DNA of 64,000 nt. Origin: Formosimonas sp. Its GTDB lineage: Bacteria > Pseudomonadota > Gammaproteobacteria > Burkholderiales > Burkholderiaceae. A program made the position numbers and the translations under genes. Shown piece by piece: positions 39,117 through 47,745 of the stretch (its first letter is position 1; each line of letters starts with the position of its first letter). A model generated the notes under the pieces. It worked only from the letters and a program-made list of their open reading frames with translations, was not told where the DNA came from and did no database searches. The stretch is from NCBI GenBank assembly GCA_051650085.1, contig JBOFII010000021.1, positions 54,856-118,855 of the forward strand, given 5' to 3'.

Positions 39117-40522
39117 AGCGATTTGATGGGAATATTGATAAAGCCGCTGTACGGCATGGGCTGCAATGCCGCAATGGCCGCGTCACTCATCGCCACGTCG
39201 CCGCGCAGTGAGTTGGTGAATGAATGGGTGATGTCCACGTCAATCATTTGTCCAATCAAGCGCGAGCGCGTGCCTTGCGGGGCTTTAAAATTAACAATGC
39301 GGTTGTTTTCGGTGCGGCCAAACAACTCAGACGGGTCTTTGACCGACAGGCCTTCGACCAAAATCCGCTCGGTTGTGCCTATCATGTTATTGGCAATCCG
39401 CTTGGCATTCTCGCCAATCACCTGCTGCAAACGCTGCAAACGCGCGTGTTTGACCTCATACGGCGTATCGTCAATGAGTTCAGCCGCAGGCGTGCCAGGG
39501 CGAGCGCTGTAGATGAACGAGAAACTGATGTCAAAGCCAACCGTGTCAATCAGGCGCATGGTGTCGTCAAAATCGGCTTCGGTTTCACCAGGAAAACCGA
39601 TGATAAAGTCGGACGACAAGGCCAAGTTCGGCCGAATTGCACGCATTTTGCGGATGATGTCGAGGTATTTGTCCGCCGTGTAGTTGCGCTTCATGGCGGT
39701 GAGGATTTTGTCCGAGCCTGACTGCACGGGCAGGTGCAAATGATTGACCAGCTGCGGTACTTTGTCGTACACGGCAATCAAGCGGTCGCTAAAGTCATTC
39801 GGGTGGCTGGTGGTGTAGCGGATGCGTTCAATACCGGGAATATGCGCCATAGTTTCGAGTAACATGGCAAAGTCGGCAATCTCGCTCGTGCCGCCCATTT
39901 GGCCAAGGTAGCCGTTGACGTTTTGGCCGAGCAAATTGACTTCTTTCACGCCTTGGTCGGCCAAGTCGGCGATTTCGGTCAGCACATCGTCAAACGGGCG
40001 CGAGACTTCTTCGCCGCGCGTGTACGGCACAATGCAAAAACTGCAATATTTCGAGCAACCTTCCATGATGGAAACATAAGCCGTGGCTTTTTCGACGCGT
40101 GGCGGCGGCAAATGGTCGAATTTTTCGATTTCGACAAACTCAATATCGACCTGCGATTTGCCCGTGCTGGCACGCTTGGCGAGCAAAGTCGGCAAGCGGT
40201 GCAGGGTTTGCGGGCCAAACACCACATCGACATACGGCGCACGTGCGACGATGTTTTGCCCTTCTTGCGAGGCGACGCAGCCGCCCACACCAATGATGAG
40301 GTCAGGATTTTTGGCTTTGAGTTTGCGAATGCGCCCAAGGTCGGAAAATACTTTTTCTTGCGCTTTTTCGCGGATGGAGCAGGTGTTGAGCAGCACCACA
40401 TCGGCAGCGTTGATGTCGTCGGTTTTAACATAACCGTTTTGGTCGCGCAGCACGTCGTGCATTTTGTCGGTGTCGTATTCATTCATTTGACAGCCGAAGG
40501 TTTTGATATAAACTTTTTTCAT
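39113..40522 (-). CDS. miaB: tRNA-i6A37 methylthiotransferase
   Basis: 469 aa. It has the UPF0004 domain (FGCQMNEYD), the radical-SAM motif [11 protein letters not shown] and a C-terminal TRAM domain. Confidence 0.95.
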   Translation of the reverse strand: MKKVYIKTFGCQMNEYDTDKMHDVLRDQNGYVKTDDINAADVVLLNTCSIREKAQEKVFSDLGRIRKLKAKNPDLIIGVGGCVASQEGQNIVARAPYVDVVFGPQTLHRLPTLLAKRASTGKSQVDIEFVEIEKFDHLPPPRVEKATAYVSIMEGCSKYCSFCIVPYTRGEEVSRPFDDVLTEIADLADQGVKEVNLLGQNVNGYLGQMGGTSEIADFAMLLETMAHIPGIERIRYTTSHPNDFSDRLIAVYDKVPQLVNHLHLPVQSGSDKILTAMKRNYTADKYLDIIRKMRAIRPNLALSSDFIIGFPGETEADFDDTMRLIDTVGFDISFSFIYSARPGTPAAELIDDTPYEVKHARLQRLQQVIGENAKRIANNMIGTTERILVEGLSVKDPSELFGRTENNRIVNFKAPQGTRSRLIGQMIDVDITHSFTNSLRGDVAMSDAAIAALQPMPYSGFINIPIKSL

Positions 40523-40574
40523 GGGGTTCTCGTCGAGACAGGTTTAAAAACTGGGGACGTTGGTCAGCGCGACA

Positions 40575-41627
40575 TTATACACGCAAAAACGCTTCCAGCC
40601 GCGCCAGCTCGGCCGCCAATTCAACCTGATAACGCGACTCACTCGGCGCACCGTTGATGTAACCCAGCTCAACCTGTAACTGCCCCGCCTCAACTTTTGC
40701 ATTGCCCCAACCCACACACGAATCGCGCCAAAACAGCGGCAGCGCGTAGTAGCCGAACTGCCGCGTTGGCGCGGGTTTGTAGGCCTCAAATTTATACGTC
40801 CAGCCCCACAAATATTCAAACCGCGCCCTGTCCCACACCAACGGGTCAAACGGTGTGAGCAAGCGCACGGTGTCGGCGACTGCAAACGACACTTGCTCAT
40901 CACGCGGCCAATACCAGCGCACGCCATCGACCAGTGCGCTGGCAAAATCATCGTCCAAACGGCTCAACGCCAGCTTAATCTGCGCCTTGGCATCTGGCCG
41001 ACACTGCGCCAACAACCGCCCCAAATACGTCAGCGACGCGGCCGTGAGCGGTGCGTAGGTGCGCACCAGTTGCGCAAACGCCGCCGCGACCATGTCCGCC
41101 ACGCTCACATCCGCCGTTTCAAGCGGCAAACCGTACACCCGATTGTTTTTATCGCGCCGCACAATGCGCAGCAAGCCGTTGTGGTGCATGCGTTGCAGGG
41201 TTTGCGTCACCTGCAAACCCGCGCCGCCCCACGCATTGGCCACGGTTTTTGCACCCAATTGCTGATTGAGCACTTTGGGATGCACCTCAGCGTTGTCCCG
41301 CGCGTACGCCAAAATGGCCGCCACCTGCCCCGCATGCTCGGTCAAATAAGCGCTCTCACCGCGATTGCACCACAACATCGCCGCCAACGAACGCGGCACA
41401 TAACCATGGTTGACAAAAAACGCCTCCTCCATCGGCAAAGTAGCGTAAGCCCGCGCCATATCGCCATTGCGATAACCCGCCACCCGCTGGCGCAAAATCA
41501 AATCTTGCGCACAAGCAGGGGCTTTGATGGGGTCGATTTGCACAAAACCGAGTTGCTGTACATCCGTCGGGGTTGAAAATTGGCGGGCGTAGGCGAATTG
41601 GCGTAGGGTGGTGTGGGTGAGTTGCAT
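40575..41627 (-). CDS. YcaQ/AlkZ-family winged-helix DNA glycosylase (interstrand-crosslink unhooking)
   Basis: 350 aa from the ATG at 41627. The N-terminal FVQIDPI fits the YcaQ Q-phi-D motif. The C-terminal TPFDPLVWDRARFEYLWGWTYKFEAYKPAPTRQFGYYALPLFWR closely parallels my recollection of E. coli YcaQ. The ORF-track start at 41762 lies inside a repeat element. Confidence 0.78.
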   Translation of the reverse strand: MQLTHTTLRQFAYARQFSTPTDVQQLGFVQIDPIKAPACAQDLILRQRVAGYRNGDMARAYATLPMEEAFFVNHGYVPRSLAAMLWCNRGESAYLTEHAGQVAAILAYARDNAEVHPKVLNQQLGAKTVANAWGGAGLQVTQTLQRMHHNGLLRIVRRDKNNRVYGLPLETADVSVADMVAAAFAQLVRTYAPLTAASLTYLGRLLAQCRPDAKAQIKLALSRLDDDFASALVDGVRWYWPRDEQVSFAVADTVRLLTPFDPLVWDRARFEYLWGWTYKFEAYKPAPTRQFGYYALPLFWRDSCVGWGNAKVEAGQLQVELGYINGAPSESRYQVELAAELARLEAFLRV

Positions 41628-41756
41628 CCGTGAATCGTACGCATCCGCACACTCATTTGTCAACACAAAAGCCTGCACATATCGCGCATCACAGCTACAA
41701 TTGGTCATCTTTAAAAATACATTTTGCAAAGCCGAGAAGTCTAAAAGCAAACCTCT

Positions 41757-41887
41757 CGTCATTCCCGCACGCCTTTAGCGGGAATCCAGCCAAACGCAAG
41801 GCGTTTGACATTGCCCCTTAAAAATCAAGGGCTTAAGGTGCGCTTCGCGCCCCACTGGATTCCCGCTAAAAGCGTGCGGGAATGACG
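41757..41887. mobile_element. NIME/MITE-like element (131 bp), a second copy with an inverted core relative to 35209-35337
   Basis: It has the same dRS3-like termini (cgtcattcccgc...gcgggaatccag / ctggattcccgc...cgggaatgacg). Its core is the reverse complement of parts of copy 1. Confidence 0.8.
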
Positions 41888-42002
41888 GGTGGGTTATTTT
41901 TGGCGTACGGACTCTGTTCATATCAATTTTTAGAGGTCGCCAATTCAAGCAAAACCCGTGCGGAAATGAAGTTCAACACATCACTCAAACAAGGAGCGCC
42001 CC

Positions 42003-42821
42003 ATGTCCCTCACCCACGTCAACACCTACCTCACCCAAGTTCAAAACGGCCACGCCGCCAGTACGTTTAGCATCACGCCCGATTGGGGGCAAGGTCGCGC
42101 GACGTTTGGCGGGCTGATTGGCGGTATGCTTTATACGGCGATGCGCCGCGAGATGAACGATGCGCGGCCGTTGTATTCGTTCATGCTCTCGTTTGTCGGG
42201 CCGTTGACGACGCTTGAACCGTTCACAATTGAGGTGACGATTTTGCGCCAAGGGCGCAGCGCGGTGCAAGTTGAGGGCAAAGTCGTGCAAAACGCGCAGG
42301 TGGTCAGCGTGGCACTGGCCTGTTTTGGCACGGCGCGAGCGTCCAATGTGAGCGTTGCGTCATTGCCCGCACCCAGCGTGGCGGCACCCGCGAGTTTGCC
42401 TGAGTTACCGTATTTGCCCAACGTCACTCCTGCTTTTACACAGCACATTGATTTTCGTTGGACATTTGGCGGCCTGCCATTTGCGGGGGTGACGGCGCGT
42501 GAGATGGGCGGCTGGATGAAACTGCGCGATTTGAGCGCGGGGGACGAGTTCACAATAGCGCACCTCATCACGCTCATCGACGCATGGCCACCTGCGGTTT
42601 TGCCCATGCTTAAATCGCCTGCGCCCGCTTCAAGCGTGACGTGGAATTTAGCGTTTATGCACCCGATGCCGCAATTAAACGCCGATTATTACCTGTATCG
42701 TGCGCACATCGACCAAGCGGCGCAGGGCTACGGCCAAACCCACGCACATATTTGGAACGCCGACGGCGCATTGATTGCCACCAGTAGTCAAACTGTGGCG
42801 GTATTTGATGGTGTAGAATAG
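42003..42821 (+). CDS. Acyl-CoA thioesterase (double hot-dog, TesB-like)
   Basis: 272 aa. Motifs [13 protein letters not shown] and a C-terminal half ending [15 protein letters not shown] fit the thioesterase II-like family. Confidence 0.7.
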   Translation: MSLTHVNTYLTQVQNGHAASTFSITPDWGQGRATFGGLIGGMLYTAMRREMNDARPLYSFMLSFVGPLTTLEPFTIEVTILRQGRSAVQVEGKVVQNAQVVSVALACFGTARASNVSVASLPAPSVAAPASLPELPYLPNVTPAFTQHIDFRWTFGGLPFAGVTAREMGGWMKLRDLSAGDEFTIAHLITLIDAWPPAVLPMLKSPAPASSVTWNLAFMHPMPQLNADYYLYRAHIDQAAQGYGQTHAHIWNADGALIATSSQTVAVFDGVE

Positions 42822-42843
42822 CGTTTTTTCTCACCGATTCATC

Positions 42844-43638
42844 ATGCACAATTACCTTAACTTCATGCGTCACGTTTATGAACACGGCGCGGACAAAACC
42901 GACCGCACGGGCACGGGCACGCGCTCGGTGTTTGGTCATCAAATGCGGTTTGACCTGACGCAAGGCTTTCCGTTGGTCACCACCAAAAAAATTCATTTAA
43001 AATCAGTCATTTATGAATTATTGTGGTTTATCGCAGGCAACACCAACAACAATTGGCTCGCCGAGCGCGGCGTGCGGATTTGGAACGAATGGGCCGATGC
43101 AAACGGCGAACTCGGCCCGATTTATGGTCACCAATGGCGCAGCTGGCCCGACGGCCAAGGCGGTCACATCGACCAACTCGCGCAAGTCATCGAACAACTC
43201 AAAACCTCGCCAGACTCGCGCCGCATCATTGTCAGCGCGTGGAATGTCGCCGACCTACCGAACATGGCTCTGCCGCCCTGCCACGCGTTTTTTCAGTTTT
43301 ATGTCGCCAACGGCGAACTCTCGTGCCAGTTGTACCAACGCAGCGCGGATATTTTTCTCGGCGTGCCGTTCAATATCGCCTCTTACGCGCTATTGACCCA
43401 CATGGTCGCGCAGCAAACAGGCTTGATCGCCAAAGAGTTCATCTGGACAGGCGGCGACTGCCACCTGTACAACAACCATTTTGAACAAGTGCAAACGCAA
43501 CTCGCCCGCGAACCGCTGGCTTTGCCGCAACTGCTCATCAAACGCAAACCCGACTCGATTTTTGATTATGCGTTTGAGGATTTTGAGTTTGTGGATTATC
43601 AGCACCACGAGGCGATTAAGGCTTCGGTGGCGGTTTAA
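42844..43638 (+). CDS. thyA: Thymidylate synthase (ThyA type)
   Basis: 264 aa. Motifs are [23 protein letters not shown] and the C-terminal IKA.VAV. Confidence 0.97.
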   Translation: MHNYLNFMRHVYEHGADKTDRTGTGTRSVFGHQMRFDLTQGFPLVTTKKIHLKSVIYELLWFIAGNTNNNWLAERGVRIWNEWADANGELGPIYGHQWRSWPDGQGGHIDQLAQVIEQLKTSPDSRRIIVSAWNVADLPNMALPPCHAFFQFYVANGELSCQLYQRSADIFLGVPFNIASYALLTHMVAQQTGLIAKEFIWTGGDCHLYNNHFEQVQTQLAREPLALPQLLIKRKPDSIFDYAFEDFEFVDYQHHEAIKASVAV

Positions 43639-43642
43639 AGCC

Positions 43643-43710
43643 CCGTCATTGCGGCCTTGCGCCGCAATCTCCTAAAAGTAGGAGATGCCGCGTCCAGCGC
43701 GGCATGACGG
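43643..43710. repeat. Composite structured repeat (Y-X type), best-preserved copy: three perfect hairpins enclosed by a 7-bp terminal inverted repeat
   Basis: ccgtcat | tgcggc-cttgc-gccgca | atctcct-aaaagt-aggagat | gccgcg-tccag-cgcggc | atgacgg. Confidence 0.85.
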
Positions 43711-43743
43711 AGATTTTCAACAATTAACACTTGGCTCAACACC

Positions 43744-44301
43744 ATGCTCACCGCGCACCACATCACCCTAACCCCCATCCAAACCGCACACTTCGCGCCG
43801 CTGTACGCGATTGTTGCGGCGCATCCTGAACTGTATCAATACACGACTTTGGGGCAAACCGAGGCCTCATTCCAAAAGTGGTTTGACCTTGCGCTCAAAG
43901 ATGGGGCGTTTGTGGTGTTGGACAACGCCAGCCACGCGCCGATTGGCAGCACGCGGCTGTACAACCTTAACCCCAAAGTGCCGCAGGCGAATCTGGGCTA
44001 CACGTGGTACGCGCCGCAATGCATCGGCACGGCGGTCAATCCTGAAGCCAAATTATTATTGCTCAGCCATGCGTTTGAAACACTCGGTTTGCACCGCGTC
44101 GGCTTTGAGGTGGACAGCCGCAATGCGCGTTCGTGCCAAGCCGTGCGCAAACTGGGCGCGAGTGCCGAGGGCGTGTTGCGCCAACACCGCCGTGGCGTGG
44201 CCGATGGTGTTTTGTGCGACACAAGTGTGTTCAGCATTTTGGACAGCGAGTGGCCAAGCGTGAAAGCAGGTTTACAGCGCAGAATCGGCGGCGCAACATG
44301 A
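43744..44301 (+). CDS. GNAT-family N-acetyltransferase (RimJ/RimL-like)
   Basis: 185 aa with the acetyl-CoA binding region LGLHRVGFEVDSRNARSCQAVRKLGA. Confidence 0.82.
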   Translation: MLTAHHITLTPIQTAHFAPLYAIVAAHPELYQYTTLGQTEASFQKWFDLALKDGAFVVLDNASHAPIGSTRLYNLNPKVPQANLGYTWYAPQCIGTAVNPEAKLLLLSHAFETLGLHRVGFEVDSRNARSCQAVRKLGASAEGVLRQHRRGVADGVLCDTSVFSILDSEWPSVKAGLQRRIGGAT

Positions 44302-45188
44302 GCCGCACACGAGCCAATTTATTGCTGTTGCTGTGCGCTTGCGTGTGGGGCGTGGCGTTTGTGCCGCAGGCCTTTGCTGCGCCGTATATTGGCGCGTTTG
44401 CGTTTACGGGGGCGCGGTTTTTGCTCGGCGCGTTGGTGATTTCGCCGCTGGTGTGGCGCGAATGGCGGCGTTTGGCGGTCAAGCCAAACGGACAAAATTG
44501 GCGACAAATCGCGCTGATGGGCGGCTTATTATTCGCGGGTGCGACCGTGCAGCAAATTGGCATGCAGTACACCAGCGTGACCAACGCAGGATTTTTGACG
44601 GGGCTTTATGTGCCAATGGTGCCGTTTTTGGCTTATTTTTTATACAAACGCCGTGCCAATTTGTGGGTTTGGCTGGCCGCGCTGACCTGCTTTGTCGGCA
44701 CGTGGCTGTTGACGGGCGCGGGGCAGATTTCGCTGAACTTGGGCGACTTGTGGGTTTTGGGTGCGGTCATTCCATTTGCGCTGCACGTGCTGTGGATTGG
44801 CGATTTGGCCGATAACCTCGGTGCGCCGCTGCTTGTCGCGTGGGGTCAATTTGTCGTGTGCGGGATTTTGGGGCTGGGATTTGCTGTGCCGCTGGAGTCG
44901 TTCAATTGGGGCAACCTGCCTGTTTTGCTCGCCCCGATGGCGTACATGAGCCTGATTTCAGTCGGCATCGGTTTTACAGGACAAGTCATCGCCCAGCAAT
45001 TTGCGCGGCCTGCCGAGGCGGCGATTATTTTGTCGTCTGAAAGCGTGTTCGCTGCGCTGGCAGGCGCAACTTTGCTGAACGAACGGCTGACTTTTACAGG
45101 TTACTTGGGCTGCGCCCTGATTTTTGCAGGGATTATCGCGGTGCAAATCATCCCCAGCAAACCCACGCCACTGATTGAACAGCACTGA
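44298..45188 (+). CDS. DMT-superfamily (EamA-like) transporter
   Basis: 296 aa from the ATG at 44298, overlapping the GNAT stop (ATGA). It has 10 TM segments in two EamA halves. Confidence 0.82.
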   Translation: MSRTRANLLLLLCACVWGVAFVPQAFAAPYIGAFAFTGARFLLGALVISPLVWREWRRLAVKPNGQNWRQIALMGGLLFAGATVQQIGMQYTSVTNAGFLTGLYVPMVPFLAYFLYKRRANLWVWLAALTCFVGTWLLTGAGQISLNLGDLWVLGAVIPFALHVLWIGDLADNLGAPLLVAWGQFVVCGILGLGFAVPLESFNWGNLPVLLAPMAYMSLISVGIGFTGQVIAQQFARPAEAAIILSSESVFAALAGATLLNERLTFTGYLGCALIFAGIIAVQIIPSKPTPLIEQH

Positions 45189-45190
45189 TA

Positions 45191-45218
45191 CGTCATTCCC
45201 GCCTACGCGGGAATGACG
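45191..45218. repeat. dRS3-like palindromic repeat (CGTCATTCCCGC-ctac-GCGGGAATGACG)
   Basis: A perfect 12-bp arm inverted repeat with an ATTCCC-N8-GGGAAT core. It starts 3 nt after the transporter stop. Confidence 0.85.
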
Positions 45219-45237
45219 CGTTTTAAACAAGGACATC

Positions 45238-45753
45238 ATGACCCGCTTAACCCTCATCGCCGCCGTCGCACGCAACCGCGCACTGGGCAAAGACAATCAA
45301 CTGCTCTGGCATTTGCCCAACGATTTGCAGTTTTTCAAACGCACCACGCTCAACCATCCGATTATCATGGGACGCAAAACTTATGAATCCATCGGGCGGC
45401 CATTGCCGCATCGGCTCAACATCATCATTTCGCGCCAATTGGGTTTGACCATTGACGGCTGCGTGGTCGTGCCCAGCCTAACTGCCGCGATTGAGTTGGC
45501 CGAGCAAATGAAGCACCAGCCCGCTGATATTAACCCCGAAATTTTCATCATCGGCGGTGGCGAAATCTACGCCGCCGCCCTGCCGCTCGCACAGCGTTTG
45601 GTGTTGACCGAGGTACATCGTGAGTTCGCCGCCGATGTGTTTTTCCCCGAATTTGACAAAACCCAATGGCAAGAAGTCTCGCGTGAAACCAACCACGATG
45701 CAGCCACAGGGTTGGATTATGATTTTGTAGACTACCGACGAGTCAACGCATGA
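45238..45753 (+). CDS. folA: Dihydrofolate reductase
   Basis: 171 aa. Motifs are LIAAVARNRALGKDNQLLW, IIMGRKTYESIG and FIIGGGEIY. Confidence 0.93.
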   Translation: MTRLTLIAAVARNRALGKDNQLLWHLPNDLQFFKRTTLNHPIIMGRKTYESIGRPLPHRLNIIISRQLGLTIDGCVVVPSLTAAIELAEQMKHQPADINPEIFIIGGGEIYAAALPLAQRLVLTEVHREFAADVFFPEFDKTQWQEVSRETNHDAATGLDYDFVDYRRVNA

Positions 45754-46598
45754 AGCCTAAAAAACTAGATAAATCAACTGCTTACGACGTGCGCCCCGAA
45801 CAATCGGTCGATTTACTCAAAGCCCTGCACATTTTGACCCACGACGGCAAAATGAACCAAGACAGCCGCCGCAAACTCAAGCAGGTGTATCACTTATTTC
45901 GCTTCATCGAGCCGCTGCTCGCCCAAGTTTGGGCCGACAACGGCCAATTGACCGTGGTCGATCACGGCGCGGGCAAGTCGTACCTTGGCTTTATTTTGTA
46001 CGATTTATTTTTCAAACCGCAGCAACTGCCCGCCAGTCACGCCATGATTTACGGCATCGAAACCCGCGAAGAGTTGGTCAAAACCTCACAAACCCTCGCC
46101 GCGCAAGCGGGTTTTGACGGCATGGCTTTTTTGAACTTATCGGTCGCCGACTCGATTACCTCCAGCCAATTGCCCGCACGGATTGACGTGGTCACCGCCC
46201 TGCACGCCTGCAACACCGCAACCGATGATGCGATTGAGTTTGCACTGGCCAAAAACGCCCAGCACATCGTGCTCGTGCCGTGCTGCCAAGCCGAAGTCGC
46301 ATCTGTATTGCGCAAAAACAAAAACCACGCCAGCCCGATAAGTGAAATGTGGCGCCACCCGATTCACACCCGCGAATTTGGCAGCCAACTCACCAACGTC
46401 TTGCGCTGCCTGCAACTTGAAGCGCACGGTTACAGCGTCACCGTCACCGAACTAGTCGGCTGGGAGCACTCGATGAAAAACGAGTTGATTGTTGCTTCTC
46501 ACAAAAATACGCGCAATAAAAAAGCCGCAGAGCGGCTAAATAAGGTTTTGACAGAGACAGGATTGCATGAACTGAGCAAACGATTTTTTGTGCCATAA
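45750..46598 (+). CDS. Class I SAM-dependent methyltransferase (Methyltransf_32-like), substrate unknown
   Basis: 282 aa, with VVDHGAGKSYLG (SAM motif I) and LHACNTATDDAI. The ATG overlaps the folA stop (ATGA). Confidence 0.65.
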   Translation: MKPKKLDKSTAYDVRPEQSVDLLKALHILTHDGKMNQDSRRKLKQVYHLFRFIEPLLAQVWADNGQLTVVDHGAGKSYLGFILYDLFFKPQQLPASHAMIYGIETREELVKTSQTLAAQAGFDGMAFLNLSVADSITSSQLPARIDVVTALHACNTATDDAIEFALAKNAQHIVLVPCCQAEVASVLRKNKNHASPISEMWRHPIHTREFGSQLTNVLRCLQLEAHGYSVTVTELVGWEHSMKNELIVASHKNTRNKKAAERLNKVLTETGLHELSKRFFVP

Positions 46599-46626
46599 AC
46601 ATTCCCATCTTGCTGTATGTTTGGCT

Positions 46627-47529
46627 TTATCGACTTCCACCAAAAGCGGCATTCAAGCTCGCATTAGAAAACTGCGCTTGTCCAGCCAACTCCTGTGCAG
46701 CAGGGCCATAAAAGTTCCCCGAAAACCCGCCAATTGCAGAACCTGAACGCGCAAGGCCAACAAAACCATTGCCCAAAACCAAACCATTCAGACGAAGGGC
46801 ATCACCAAAGCTTGCGTTGCTGCCGCTTGTTCCTGTGAGCACACGAGAACCAAAATTCACATTGACCGTCATCGGCACCGATGACATCGAAACGCTGCGT
46901 ATTGCATTACCCGTATAAGTTGCTCGACCACCTCGTGGCATTTGAGCGGTAGGCGTGACCGAGCCACCTGCAAAAAGCCCATTTGACACAGGCGTTACTG
47001 CTATAGTCGCGGGCCCGCAAGGCGTACTTGATGAAGCTGTGCAATCAATAGTTTCTGTGATATTGTTAACATTCCAAGCCCCGTAGCGAGAATAACTGCC
47101 ACCTGAATATGTGACCCGTCCAACAGCGAATTTATTAATGTTAAGCGCATTATTTTGTATTTGCACCACATCAGAACGACTCCCTACTGTTACCGTATTT
47201 ACCGCTTGAGGATTACTCGGAGCGGATAAGACATAACCACCTTGATACACAGGAGAGCCCATCATGAAGCCTCCTGGCGAAACAACGGTCTGGGCGTTCA
47301 AGCTAAATCTAGGTACTTGCCATGGAAAAATATAATCCTGCGTGTCCACGCCAGATGCGTTGTAAATGACGCTTGTACTGCCGTGATGTTGAACATGGTT
47401 TGTTGTATCCGTAATCAACACCGATGGGGGTGGGGTTACAGGGCCACTTACAATTTCTATTTCTTGTGCTTGCGCACGCCCCACAAATGCCACAGCAAGC
47501 GCAAGACCTAATAATTTAAAATGTTTCAT
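46627..47529 (-). CDS. Secreted protein with a C-terminal TbpB/hemophilin-type 8-stranded barrel: putative Slam-dependent cargo, with no lipobox
   Basis: The signal peptide is MKHFKLLGLALAVAFVGRAQA|QE and contains no Cys. The C-terminal ATYTGNAI...VNVNFGSRVLTGT...LNGLVLGNGFVG...GGFSGNFYGPAAQELAGQAQF...AAFGGSR follows the A.Y.G....V.F..k.l.G......G.I.GN.F.G....G.FYGP.A.E.AG.F...GAFGG pattern of Slam substrates. The start is taken at the ATG 7 nt after AGGA; an alternative lies at 47535. Confidence 0.72.
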   Translation of the reverse strand: MKHFKLLGLALAVAFVGRAQAQEIEIVSGPVTPPPSVLITDTTNHVQHHGSTSVIYNASGVDTQDYIFPWQVPRFSLNAQTVVSPGGFMMGSPVYQGGYVLSAPSNPQAVNTVTVGSRSDVVQIQNNALNINKFAVGRVTYSGGSYSRYGAWNVNNITETIDCTASSSTPCGPATIAVTPVSNGLFAGGSVTPTAQMPRGGRATYTGNAIRSVSMSSVPMTVNVNFGSRVLTGTSGSNASFGDALRLNGLVLGNGFVGLARSGSAIGGFSGNFYGPAAQELAGQAQFSNASLNAAFGGSR

Positions 47530-47745
47530 CGTCATTTCCTAACATGTACGTTCATTCAAATATTTCAAGGAATCTCTAAAGCTTGAAAACGCATTTTCTG
47601 TAGACTACGGCACAACTACAAAAATTTAGACTCACACTTGAAACCAGTATATGCCAACCTTCGCATGTATGCGAGCTTATACACATACACTTTTCATTAT
47701 AACAAATATAAAGAGTAAAATATTGATAAAACAAGCAGTTCAATT

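Noticed and set aside
39899-40657. Long antisense ORFs inside well-supported genes (also 3632-4168, 18022-18534, 24746-25414, 33670-34335, 40893-41576, 57231-57815, 58039-58545 and others)
   Set aside because: These are shadow ORFs of strongly supported genes (miaB, rpoD, coaBC, the enoyl-CoA hydratase gene and others). Their Arg/His/Gly-rich composition is typical of antisense frames in moderately GC-rich DNA.
47536-47745. Fur box or iron regulation upstream of the Slam cargo gene, and upstream of the Slam gene at 49159-49227
   Set aside because: The intergenic regions are AT-rich, but I could not find a convincing match to GATAATGATAATCATTATC. The cgcatgtatgcg near-palindrome at about 47663 is too short to interpret.
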